Source: Euprymna scolopes | Taxonomy: Eukaryota | NCBI GenBank assembly: GCA_053919585.1 | Contig: CM132792.1 | Length of the DNA stretch: 64,000 nt | Reading direction: 5' to 3' (one strand) | In this document: one piece after another, positions 1 through 12,028 of the stretch | How positions within the stretch are numbered: the first letter of the stretch is position 1 | How the letters are laid out: every line of letters starts with the position of its first letter | Translations under genes and position numbers: made by a program | The notes under the pieces: model-generated | The model's database searches: none | Seen by the model: only the letters and a program-made list of their open reading frames with translations | Told to the model about the DNA's origin: nothing

Positions 1-523
1 AAGAATTTTTCTAATAGACTAGTAAGGCGTTGACCGGACTCATAAAAAGTAAAATAGAAATTAAATAGTGTGTGCATCATATGAAAACTTCTATCAATTT
101 TTCTCTTGTTCCATTCCTGTCTTCGTCTCTTCCTCCCTATCCCCCCTGCCTATGCCATTTCTCTTGTAATATATAAAAAAAGAATTTCTACTCCTCTCCC
201 ACTAATTTTTCAATAATATGAAGATGATTTATGTTGATAAAGACAATAGTCCAAAGACATTTAATATATACCACTTACTAAATGTAAAACTGTAATCTTA
301 CATATAGAGGACGTTAATAATGAAAACTCTACACGATTTTTCATAAAGTAATAGCCTTCAAATGGCACATGTTAAGATTTTAGTTCTCTCCCACTGTAAG
401 AACTTAGACACCAGGGTCGGGAAGTGGGATTGAGAAATCAGCACCCCGAGGTAAGGTATTCTGACCTGCAAAACGTGTCCGGCCAGCCCCGTTGGCATTC
501 CCCAGTAAGGGCGCCGCAGGCGA

Positions 524-1063
524 TTAGCAATAGACTAAACACTTTTCAAAGAGAGATGGCAAAGCCTGGGAGGGTGGACTCCCTGAAACTGCACAGAACT
601 GAACTCCTCTTTCCTATTATTGAAATGATCTAATATGAACATTATTTAAGTAAAGTTGCTGTTGGCAGATATCAAAAGAATGAAAACACCTGAGAATAAT
701 GGTACATGCCAGGCATTTTAGAAACTGTCATTTTAGTATTCTTTTCAGTTTATTTATAGCTCAACTGATCGGATAGTTGAGCTATTTAGTAGTCAGTGCT
801 CAGCTGATCCGACAGTTGAGCGCTGACTAAATTCAATATATGAAGGCTCAGAAAAGATTTAATTTTATTAATTATAACATTCTTTGGTTGCAGTACTTGT
901 TTACAGTAATGTTCTCGCCATAAATAGTGTCATTGATTGTTTTTATTTAATTATGTAGGAAACATCTGATGATGATGTTTCAGTTCAGTTCTGTGCAGTT
1001 TCAGGGAGTCCACCCTCCCAGGCTTTGCCATCTCTCTTTGAAAAGTGTTTAGTCTATTGCTAA
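524..1063. repeat. Inverted repeat, 82-bp arms (524-605 / 982-1063), spacer contains two related hairpins
   Basis: TTAGCAATAGACTAAACAC...CAGAACTGAACT at 524-605 is the reverse complement of 982-1063 with no mismatch visible by eye. Confidence 0.9.
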
Positions 1064-1119
1064 AAATATGATGTGAACAGTTGATTTAGAACAGTTGGAA
1101 ATGACTTATATACCATACA

Positions 1120-1474
1120 TTACGACCATGTAATCTCTACAGCCATCTACCTTGAAAATGCAGCTGTCAAACCTCACATAATTATATGGAATAAGTCAAA
1201 GAGAGTGGCAACCTTGGTTGAAGTGAGTGTCGCTAATGATGGAGGTCTGAACAGAGCTGAAAGGGAGAAACAGACCAAATATCAAGGTCTCATGTATGAT
1301 ATGAAAAGACACTGGAACCTTAGGGAGATATCAATCATACCAGTTATTATAGGTGCCACAGGGCTTATGAAGAACAACTTAAAGACCTATCTAGCCAGTA
1401 TTTCTGGTGATAAAAGTGCAAGAGAGATCCAGATAATTGCACTTAAGGGGACAACAAAGATCCTGAAAATGTAA
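1120..1474 (+). pseudogene. C-terminal restriction-like endonuclease (RLE) fragment of an R4/Dong/NeSL-type non-LTR retrotransposon
   Basis: Translation KPHIIIWNK..LVEVSV.ND...EREKQTKY..L..W..IIPVIIGATG matches the PD-(D/E)xK RLE pattern (PD degraded to PH). A second partial copy (AAGTGCAAGAGAGAT..ATTGCACTTAA) with a possible 3' UTR lies at ~2074-2210. Confidence 0.75.
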
Positions 1475-1982
1475 TGTTATGACCCTTTTAGGCTGTGATC
1501 ATAGCGTAGTATCTGTCAACTGTGGCAAGGGGATCATGGGTCAAAACATTATTGTTATTATTAATTTATTTGAGCGACGGATGGTCACTGGATCAGTTAT
1601 TATGATTAGAAGAATAAACAATTAAATTGGGGAAGAGATGATTGACGTATTAATCACAAAAGGAATGTGAAAATAGAAATAGATGTAAACATTATTTTGG
1701 GATTTTAATAAACAAATAACTAGATGTGGGTTAGGTTGGTCGGAGAATTGTAATGAGGTGACGTAAGAGAACATGTGATGTAGTTAGTTTTGAAGAGATT
1801 CAGGGATCGAGATTTGATTGTCAACCAAGCGGACACAACAATATACTCCTCTCTCTCTCCCACTCTTCTCTTTCTCTATTTACCATAACAGAGAAACAAC
1901 GAAGAATAAAAACGGACTGTTGCTTTTACCAAATGTGTTGTTGAGTATTTGAATTCTAGAAAAAAATGTTCATAATATAACA
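1475..1982. mobile_element. Possible solo LTR inserted at the end of the RLE fragment
   Basis: Begins TGTTAT and ends ATAACA (6-bp inverted ends), ~500 bp, with internal AATAAA. No clear TSD. Confidence 0.35.
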
Positions 1983-4193
1983 AGAATAGCTTTCAGTCAA
2001 AGTCAATAAAAAGCAGTTGCATGTTGGCAGCTGGTTTCGCCAAAAATAAGGCAATTAAAAAAAAAAGTGAACCAAGTGCAAGAGAGATTCAAACAATTGC
2101 ACTTAAAGGGAAAGCGAACGTGTTGGAATTGGAATATATGAGATCGTCTGGCATCCGGCAGGATGCTCTATCCTCAGCTTGAACAAACTGATAAGAAAAT
2201 TGAAAAGAATAACAAAAAGGTTCTAAAATTCATTAAAAATGATGCAGACTACTGAAAATGGCTAAAATATGGAATACGAAAAGACATACAACACTAAATA
2301 ACATTGACATTGGTATCATTTAGTGAATAGGGCAGGGTCAAGCATGATACATCGAAGCAATTAGATAAACCAATAAACTTACCCCATCGACTCAGATTTT
2401 GATGTCTGTCACACCTGGCAGCAAAAATGTCTATTTTTACATCAGTTTTATTTTATTTCAGTTAGGTGATAAAAGTTGCTCGCCTGTTTAAAAACTTGTT
2501 CAGATTTCAAGGATTTCTCTGTGTGTCACCTGATGTGTTATGGGTACTACTGCTATCTATGAGAATAACAAGATTGTTATCGAGGTTTAGTTCTCTAGAT
2601 CCGCTGTGCTCTATCTATGCCCATGTATATTAACAGCATTACCTCTGTGGGGAGGCTGTTGCAAACTGCAACTGCAAAATATGTTACTTTATGCATCATA
2701 TTGTGCATGATGCATGATGACTAGTCGAGAACGCTACAGAAAGTCGACTCAGAAAGATACTACCCATCTTTAGATAAGCAAATAAATAGACCAAGAGAAA
2801 TATACTATAAATCATTGGAACGATAATGATTGACTATCCAACTGTACAGGTTTCCATGGTTTACATACGTCTGCCTTTTGGCGATTGCTCTTATGTAAAA
2901 CAACCATAGTTTAAAGCAATTTTTTAATGGTTGAATGCTCCTCCTAACACCAACCTCTCCAAATGGATATTTTCCTAAGACATTATCTAGACCATAGTTT
3001 TCTGCTAACCTGTGCATTGTGCTTACCCGTTGTCAAAGAATATGATCATCCATAAAACCACACTATTCTCTGACCAGTTACCACTCTTTTGTTGGATGCC
3101 ATACGAACTACTCTTACTCGTAGGAATAACAGGATTGTTTTTCAAGGTTTATTCTTCTAGATCAGCCGTGTTGTGTCCATGCTCGTGCATATTAACAAAA
3201 TTATTTTTTTGAAGAGTGTGACCCTTTGCCATGCATGGATTGTCATTGCATTTGAATAATAGTTTTTTGTTTGGTGTGGAGGAGATTGTGCAAAAAATAC
3301 TCTGGTAAAATTCCGGTGTGTACATGTTATGGTAAATTAAATACTTACGTTAGGGTTTTATAAAAGTGATACGTAAAAGTACCTTTTTTTTACACAAAAA
3401 GGAAGGAGGGGAAAAAGGCAAGAAAGCAAAGTGACTCCGTAACGCGCAACAATATTCTTCAAAGATTCTCCTAAAGCAGTCTGTTTGCCTTCTATACGCG
3501 GGTTACTTTTATGCAGTCAATCTGCACATGAACAGCGAGATTTTGTGTGACTTTGCGAGATCACTAGTCATAAATGTTGTGCGCACTGTCATTTTTTTCT
3601 TCCCCTTCTGGCACCTTTATTCCACATGATGCACAGACGCTTTAACATTTAAAATAAGACAAAGCTGTTATAGTTTTAGTATTATTAATAATAATCAATA
3701 ATAGTAGTAGTAGTAGTGATACAAATAATAATCATAATAATAGACATATAAAACCTGTTAAAATTTTTATGTTTTCATGTCAGATTATGTGAAAAAAAAT
3801 AAAACACTAAATGTGTCTTTTTAGTATAAATAAAAAACACATAACGTGCCATGGCATCTTTTTAATAAAATTGTTAGGTGAAAGTACAGAATACCTGGCG
3901 ATATCAATTCTCCTCCCCATCTTTTATGCTGATGAGGAGACGATATCCAGAAATATTTTAATTATTTCTTGATGCTTTTATTTGTAAATATCTAATAAAT
4001 AAAAAGATATAGTTTCTGAAACGATCGTACATGAAAAAATTGGATTTTATGTTTCCCCCTATGCAAACTTGATGATTTCACAATTATTAATTCCTTACCT
4101 TTTCTATATATAGCTCTAAGGAACAACACTTATTGGGCTTTTCATAACTGCAAATTTCCTTGCTCTTATAGACCTTGTCTATAACCCTCTATA

Positions 4194-4238
<45 letters not shown>

Positions 4239-4240
<2 letters not shown>

Positions 4241-6458
4241 GTAAAACTCCTTTAATTTGAATGGACTTCCTCTCATTTGGACTTCTTCTAAACCTGGACT
4301 TTCTCTAAACTTGAACTGTCTTGTCATTGAAATTGTATTAGCATATTTGATGCGGAGTTGCAGTAAAACTATTTACATGGTTTAGTCAGATATTGTACAG
4401 AAATATTAATATTGGTACTATGTAATTAATGTAGATTAGCTATTGATAATTAATTTACACAAACTGTAATTATTTTTTTTTCAGATTGCTATATTTAAAA
4501 TAGTATAAAACAACCCATCACAGTTGCTTGCAACTCTAAAAGAAAACAAGTGACACTGACTTTACTCGAAAAACGTCAAATTATAGAAAAATTAGATGCT
4601 GGAGTTGAAAATAGCGTTATATTAAGAGATAAGATAAGTGCACTGCTTAACATCAGAAAGAAAAAGGAGGAAATATTGAAGACTGCTCCTTTCTCTCCAA
4701 ATAAAAGACATGTCAAAAGAAGGACTCTTCGCAGACCGAAACAAGTTGAATTCGATCGAATATTGCATGAGTGGTTTGTAGCAAAACGGAATGAAGGTGT
4801 AGCAATATCTGGGCCCATGTTAATTTTTAAAGCAAAATCTTTTAAGGAAGAGTTGAATATCGCAGAAGATATGAAATTCAGTGAAGGCTGGCTTAGGAGC
4901 TTTAGAAGTGGTCTAAGACAACTAACAATGTCAGGCAAACAACGGTCTGCTGATACACACGCAGCATCAAATTATTGTGACAAATTCAAGACGGTAATTG
5001 CCGATTATGGTTTAACACCAGAGGATGTTTACAACACTGATGAAAGTGGCGTAAATTGGAAGTGCTTACCTACAAAACCATTAGCCGGATCCGAGGAGCA
5101 GAAAATAAAAGGATTCAAATTAAATTAAAAAAAAAGACTAACAGTGATGGTATGCGCTAATGCTTCTGGAACTCATAAACTTAAGCTTCTTGTCATCGGC
5201 AAATCAAAATGTCCCCGAGCATTCAAAGGAGTTTCGCCTTTGCCAGTATCCTATTATTCTTCACGAAATAGATGGATGAATCAACAGTTGTTTAAAAAAT
5301 GGGTTTTGCAAGAATTTGTGCCAGTTGTCCAGAGGCGTTTTCTTGAATTATGTAAACCTGATTCAAAGTGCTTGCTTCTGTTGTCAGAACTAGTGTCATC
5401 TTGCGGGAATATTTTTGTGTGCTACTTACCACCTAATGTGACTTCTCTCCTCCAACCTATGGATCAAGGGATTATTTGGAACTTAAAATATTTCTACAGA
5501 AATGATTTCATGATGAATATGATAAATAGTACAGTGAGTATAAGCGATTTTCGGCGCCATTTTACTATCAAATATGCCATATTTTCTCTCACAAGTGCAT
5601 GGAATCAAGTTCGAGCAAGCACATTAACATGGGTAAATTATGCTCACATAGCATGGGGTAAATTATGCCCAGCGCCAAAGGCTTCTGAACCAAAAGAATC
5701 AGAGAATACATCTGGTCTAGAAAAAATTCTTGAAACTAAATGGTTATCGACCAACCACGCTGTTCTTAAATCACTTAATGCAAATGATGTTTAAATGTGG
5801 GTGCAACAAGATGAGGAAACTACTGATCAGTATCCTGAAGGCGGTAATGGTGATGAAAATAGCGACAGCTCCCATTCTCTTGACCCTAATGTAAATAACC
5901 AAGAACATTCTGATGAAGCAATATCATGGGACGATGCAGAAAAGTCTATGGAGACGGTTATAAAATTTCTAGAAAAAAGTTCTTATTTTAGTGACAACTA
6001 TGTTTTGCAAGCAATGTCACTCCGAAGCTACAGAACTAAGAAATTGTAGATTTTCGTGATTGCTTACGAAATATAATGGCAGCGCCCGAGAGCTCAATCG
6101 ATGAAAATAGAAACTGCGATGAGACTCATTCAATGAATAACTAAAAAAACTGTATTTTACATAAATGTATGACTTCTGTAGATGATAACTTAGGTAATAA
6201 ATACCTAACAAGTAAGAGTAGATTTAATTTATTTTCAATGCTTGTGTCCCTGGTAATAATATTTAACAATTCTTACTTGCAATATATCGTAAACTCAACT
6301 TAATATATACTTGAAGTATCATATAGCAATGAATTTCATTTACTATTTCTTAATTCTTAGAAAATTAAAGTTAACTGCAGCACATTTTTTTTATCACGAA
6401 ACCTGAACAGCATCCTCTAATTTGAACAAAGCAGATGTTCAAATTATAGGCGTTATAC

Positions 6459-6460
<2 letters not shown>
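4239..6460 (+). mobile_element. Tigger/pogo-family DNA transposon (decayed, near full length)
   Basis: TIRs CAGTAAAACTCCTTTAATTTGAA (4239) and revcomp CAGTATAACGCCTATAATTTGAA (6438-6460), 20/23 identical. Encloses transposase ORF fragments. Confidence 0.9.
4550..6049 (+). pseudogene. Tigger/Jerky-like transposase pseudogene (HTH-psq, CENP-B HTH, DDE_1)
   Basis: Collinear ORFs 4550-5128, 5144-5794 and 5795-6049 with motifs LTLLEKRQII, FSEGWL..F, YNTDESG, CANASGTHKLKLLVIGKSK.PRAFK, YLPPNVTSLLQPMDQGII. In-frame stops are present and the second catalytic D region appears deleted. Confidence 0.9.
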
Positions 6461-6519
<59 letters not shown>

Positions 6520-7561
6520 TTTCTTTTTTGTTTTATTACAGTAGCAGTTGGATTGTTCATTCTTCTCTTGCGCCAAGGTATTAATTATTTATGACTAAAA
6601 TAAGTCCTAACCTAGAAACCCCAATTTCTCAATCATTGTTCCATGTCAATATCATCAAAGTTCTGCTGCTGAGATTTTAATTGGCATAAAACGAAATATG
6701 ATACAATATGATAAAATTTGCTCCTGCTGATAAACTAAGACGTACAATAAATAATTCAAATCTGACCCAATTTAATTGTCTTCTTCCAAACCATACAAGA
6801 CAGGAATACAATTTGCGACTTACAATTGCTGGAAGCAATTTCACTGGGATCAAATGTTCAATCAGTGTGATTCCTGATGTTTCATAAACATTGGACAATG
6901 GAGATTTGTCAATAGAGATTTTCTCAAGCCTTGCAAATGGATGCCAATGACCAGTTCATTCTAATACGTTCAGGTCAAATGACCTATGTAGACCCCAATT
7001 AATGGAGGAGCTGTTCTTGAAAGATTTGAGGTGAATCTCGACCAATTCCTCATGGTGTGTTGTCAACAGATCTGAACGAAATACAATTTTGCCTCATAAG
7101 TGTTTTAACCATACATGCGCAGACTGTTGATTTTATGCTTTCCTATAAGGTGGAGCGATCTGGTAGAGGAAATAATGGTTTCCATTTATCATTAAAGCTA
7201 TATTTTTCTGTAAAACAATTGAGTACTATCAGTTGTAACCAACTGGGGGGGGGGGGGGTTGTATACACGGGCAAAAAAAAAATGTGCAGTTACCCTAAGT
7301 ACCAGTTGCAACACCCTAAACTTCGTCTAATGCTGGATTCCTCAAAATAGAACCAGGCACTCACTGGTTACTGGAATTTACCACTCTAATGTGCTGAGTG
7401 CACAAAACGCACAATGACCTTAAGTCCGTGTGGCAATATCTTTAACGCACTAGCTGGTCTGTGACCTTACTTGCTGTTACAGTCATTGTGGTAGGAAACT
7501 TCCTTTGTAGATGCTTTAGGTATCAGGATAGGTCTGGAAACAACAAGCAATTAATAATTAG

Positions 7562-7646
7562 CAAAACATTGGAGATAATTTTATTATCAAAAAAACATTG
7601 GAGATAATTTTATTATCAAAAAAACATTGGAGATAATTTTATTATC
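7562..7646 (+). repeat. Tandem triplication of a ~29-bp unit (AAAACATTGGAGATAATTTTATTATC)
   Basis: Three adjacent near-identical copies. Confidence 0.9.
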
Positions 7647-8047
7647 AAAAAAAAAAAAATGTTCATTTGCATAAAATAATTCCATATATATAGCTTTCTT
7701 CCACTTAGCAATTTCGAAGATAGTTCTAAAAATTCCTTCTTAAAAAAATAACTTAGAAGACAGAAGAGGCCTGTATCTTTTAGCCGGGCAGAAAGAAAAG
7801 GCACCTGGTTTTCATGAAGTCGGCTATTTCTCCTTTTATTACCATTTTCTCCCCTTTCTTTTTTTCCCCCCTTTACATCATTCTTTCTTCTAAAATCGTT
7901 TTCTTTTTCTATTTCCTCCTAAAAATTGATTACTGGCTATTTTGTATTTTTGCGATCCCCTTCTAGCATCATTTAAATTATTTCTTATCATCTCAACTTC
8001 TCGCGTTGATATGTGCTTACCAACTCCCTATCAACTCTGAGGAAAAT

Positions 8048-8350
8048 CTTTATCTGTGCCTAAACCTAAACGTAGATTCCATGAACAAAGCTTCTTTCTT
8101 AGAACTGCACGCCTTTGGAATTGTCTTCCGTTTTCCTGCTTTCCAGCTGACTACAATATGGTTGTCTTCGAGTCTAACGTAAACAAGTTCTTGATGAGGC
8201 GTTCCATATAAGTTAACAAATTTACCGAATTTTCATTACTAATGATTACTATATTGTCCAATTTTTACCCTACACTCTTTAACCCTTATCCTCGAGTGGC
8301 CTCTTGGCCTTGATAATGTGGTGATGCCTGTGTAAAAAAAAAAAAAAAAA
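8048..8350 (+). mobile_element. 5'-truncated LINE 3' end (CR1/jockey-group) with poly(A)
   Basis: Encodes SFFLRTARLWNCLP..FPADYN..F.SNVNKFL, followed by a 3' UTR and poly(A). Homologous to copies at 10191, 11395 and 15729. Confidence 0.85.
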
Positions 8351-8729
8351 TCAACATGCCATTTTTAGATTTTTCATTTCCATAAATTTATCATCAACAA
8401 AGAGCTGTATTTAGTTTTGCAAATATAAAACAGATGGCCGTTAGTTGAGGATCCACTTGTCATTTCTACACATTCTAAGACCTTTATTTTTCTAATATCT
8501 TCAAAAATAAATATCTTATCCTTCCTTGGGCGATCTGGCCAATGTGTCAACCCATAATATGATGAACATACTTGGCTCGCTGAGTTTGCCCAGCAAGGTA
8601 ATCCAGCATCGCCCAGCATCATAAATAGTGCTACAGTTATCAGTATCGTAAAACAAATATAAATTAATCGGATATCTTAATTTTAAATATGCTTCCTTTG
8701 TTTTATTGTTTATTCCTCATATTCTATGT

Positions 8730-9075
8730 GCTATGCTTCTGCCAGAGGAGGAAGAATTGCAGTTTCTTGGTTAGAATCTATCCATCTCGCACTTATTGTT
8801 GGTCCTGGATATGACCTTAAACTATATCCAGTGGTGAGGTTCCAGCTTGCGGGCTTTGGGGAGTGTGGAGCCACCCTTTAATTACCATTGCCCCCAGGTC
8901 CACTCTGAGCCGGAGTGGTAGTACCTGTTAGGGTCCCAACTATGGGTTAAATAGAAATTAATTTGAAAACAACAAATATATTCTATTAAAAAATTTTTCT
9001 TCAAAATCTTTGGATTCAGCATTAAATAACCCGAAAAGGGTTGATATGCCGTAAAACAAAAACAACCAACCAACC
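8730..9075 (+). mobile_element. SINE-like interspersed repeat with GGGTTGATATGCCGTAAAACAAAAACAACC tail
   Basis: GC-rich body (GGATATGAC..CCCAGGTCCACTCTG..GGAGTGGTAGTACCTGTTAGGGTCCCA) with a simple-repeat tail. The tail recurs at 15535-15630 and ~47229. Confidence 0.6.
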
Positions 9076-9676
9076 ACACTTATTGTTAGCTGGTTTTTGA
9101 TCTTAAAGTAGTATTTTTAGCTCTTTACATCAAGTGGCTCCACGCCTTGTCTATCAGTTTCATTTGCTTAGTTGGGAAGCAATCGATCGCCATTAACTGG
9201 GGATTTGATTTCGAATCTTACTATGTCTAGCGTTACCACTGTGTTGTAGACATAACGAAATGTCTGTTGATAACTATATCGTAATAAAATGGGTATTTTT
9301 GTAGTATATATGATGATTGCAACGTCTTGTCAGACGAGTGCCACTCCCTCAGAACTTAAAGTCCATGAGCTCAAAATGACTTCCATCGCCACAGGACCAT
9401 CGCCACAGGATCAGGACAAATGCCTGAGGGAGTATCTATACACAGATATCTTAGCTTTGTATGACAGCTAAGTCTCTCTCTCGGTTCAAAATGTTGAGAT
9501 CCAGCAACAAGCAAGAGCAAGATAGCCAGCAGCAAGTTAAACTGCAGACCAGCTTAATGCGGATACTGGTCTCCCGCTTTGTGTTTTTTTAAAATGAAAG
9601 ATTTGCTTCTCCTAGAAAGGTTGCCTTCACCACAGCTTACGGGAGCCCTCTCCACCCCAACACACGTGTGTTTGTA

Positions 9677-9739
<63 letters not shown>

Positions 9740-9791
9740 AATTCTTGGTACAGCAAAATGGAAGGAGAAATTTCAGAGGAAACATAATTTA

Positions 9792-10115
9792 ATTTAAATA
9801 CCAAAGAAACAACAAAAAAAAAACGGGCAGGTGGAATTATTAAAATTTCCGTAAGGCCTTATCGTCTGACCCTCTAAGAGGAAACGTCAGAATGATAAAT
9901 TAAAAGCTAAGAATCGAATGAGGAAAGAGGGGAATTTGGTTTCAGTTGGAAGACCAGTGAGAAAAAAAAAAAAAATTATAATCTCACTGTTCAGGTGGTT
10001 TTAAATCAGTAAATATTTCCAACTGATGTTTCAAAATAGGGTCAGACGATAAGGTCTTAAGGAAATTTTAATAATTCCACCTGCCCGTTTTGTTTTTTTT
10101 TGTTTCTTTGGTATT

Positions 10116-10120
<5 letters not shown>
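9792..10120. repeat. Inverted repeat (9792-9873 / 10038-10120) between (TA)n tracts, Penelope pLTR-like
   Basis: Arms are reverse complements and contain a variant hammerhead-like core CAGACGA-TAAGGCCTTA-CG-GAAA. Confidence 0.8.
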
Positions 10121-10156
<36 letters not shown>

Positions 10157-10190
10157 AAAGGAGAAGCAGTGTATACCTGATATAAGCAAT

Positions 10191-10522
10191 CTTTCACGAA
10201 AAACACCCGTCTAGCTGAATCCACTGTGAAAAATTTCCCCCACTCTATATCTGTGCCTAAATCAAAATGCGGATTCCATGAACAAAGCTTCTTTCTTAGA
10301 ACTGCACGCCTGTGGAACTCTGTTCCGTCTGCCTGCTTCCCTCCGGACTACAACTTGGATGTCTTCAAGTCCAATGTTAACAAATTCCTAATGAACCGCC
10401 CCCTTAAGTAAACACTTCAGCAAATCTCCTTACTAACTTAATGTACTTGCAATAACCCTTATCCCTGAGTGGCTTCCGGGCCTTGATAAGTTGTGATCAC
10501 TGTGTAAAAAAAAAAAAAAAAA
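10191..10522 (+). mobile_element. 5'-truncated LINE 3' end with poly(A)
   Basis: ORF 10226-10411 FFLRTARLWNSVPSACFPPDYNLDVFKSNVNKFL, then poly(A). AAGCAAT on both sides is a possible TSD. Confidence 0.85.
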
Positions 10523-10626
10523 GCAATGGTAAACTTCAATCTAATATAAATACCAGTATTTATATATAGATATTTTAATCCCAACAAAATAAAAGCTCAA
10601 TACACGCACAATACAAAGTAGAGCTT

Positions 10627-10912
10627 ATTATAAAAGAAAAGAAATTAAAACTGTAAGTTGAAATTGATAATTAAATTTATTGTTCGACCGAATACTCTAA
10701 AAAAACAATTGACAAAGTCCTTATTCCACAGAGTTTAAAAGAATAATATTCTTCCTATTCTTCTCATCAGAGGACAGAAAGACATCAGCATAATTTGCAT
10801 TCTTTGAAACTCCGCGGAATAAGGACTTTGTAAATTGTTTTTTGGAGTATTCGGTCAAACAATAAATTTGATTGTAAATTTCAACTTACAGTTTCAATTT
10901 CTTTTTTCTAAT
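10627..10912. repeat. Inverted repeat (~10627-10745 / ~10799-10912) abutting (TA)n, with hammerhead remnant
   Basis: Arms are imperfect reverse complements. The minus strand at 10717-10775 reads GTCCT-CTGATGA-stemII-(T)AAAC-..-TA-AGGAC. Confidence 0.8.
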
Positions 10913-11394
10913 ATATATATATAAAGCAGGTCATCCTTGATCAAGATGTAGCACTTGTTAGCCCCTCCCCCACCTCCTTAATGTTCCAGAGGATTATCAG
11001 ACGGGAATAAGTGAAACTCCTCAGCAATGGTGAAGTAACTCATCTAGGAGAAGGAAACTCTGATGAAAAACGAAAAAACGGGTAAAAAGAGTCTCTAAGG
11101 TCTGTAATGCAATCTTGAGATGGTGTCACAAACAAAACACCTACTTTCGATTTGTCATGAGCCAGCATGAAAGTAGTAAGGCTTTAAAACTGTCGTGAGA
11201 ATGCCATGTCTGTGTATAATCTGGTCTAACCGGAGATAACAAAGCATAAAAATATATAAGCAAACTATTATTTACATACTTATATGAGTTAGGAATGTGT
11301 ATATGTTTATATCTTTGCATGTTCTGAATCGACTCCTTAACTATTTACATCATCAATACTTATGAATTCCAGAACGCAGCTGCTAAGTGTAAGA

Positions 11395-11741
11395 AGAAAC
11401 ACTCGTCTTGCTGTAAACACTATCAATAATTCCCCCCACTCTTTATCTGTGCCTAAACCTAAACGTAAATTCCATGAACAAAGCTTCTCTCTTAGAACTG
11501 CACGCCTGTGGAATTGTCTTCCGTTTTCCTGCTTTCCGGCTGACTACAATATGGTTGTCTTCAAGTCTAACGTAAATAAGTTCTTGATGAGCCGTTCCAT
11601 ATAAGTTATCAAATTTACCAAATTTTCATTACTAATGATTACTATATTGCCCAATTTCTACTGTACACTCTTTAACCCTTATCCTTGAGTGGCCTCTTGA
11701 CCTTGATAATGTGGTGATGCCTATGTAAAAAAAAAAAAAAA
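11395..11741 (+). mobile_element. 5'-truncated LINE 3' end with poly(A)
   Basis: ORF 11362-11604 has the same C-terminal motif, and the UTR is nearly identical to the 8048 copy. Confidence 0.85.
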
Positions 11742-12028
11742 GAGAGGTCGTAATTTGGTTTAATTTAGTTTTCTACAACAGGTGTAAAAAAAAGGGTACG
11801 AGTCCACTTGTGTGGTTTATGGCATTACTTTTTGCTCATCTTAGAACGGGCATTCTGCTAAACAATGAAACAGTACTGTTTGTAGATGATATGTTTTACT
11901 CCCTACGTTCGTAGAGTACTCGTAAGACATTTCTCATTAGGTAAAATCTTAGTTTGAGCGCTCCGACCTGCTGAAAAGATATTTATATTGTTGACATTGA
12001 AATTTCGCTTATATTCACCAGGTGTTCT

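Noticed and set aside
2560-3250. Two diverged copies of a ~70-bp segment (CTAGATC..ATATTAACA), possibly FLYWCH/MULE coding remnants
   Set aside because: Too degenerate to assign without a profile search
3925-3975. Hammerhead at CTGATGA-GGAGACGATATCCA-GAAATA
   Set aside because: The core words are present but stem I cannot be paired next to the core. At best a decayed remnant
4550-6049. Domesticated TIGD/JRK host gene
   Set aside because: TIRs are retained, with multiple stops and a deletion over the second catalytic Asp, which indicates a decaying transposon
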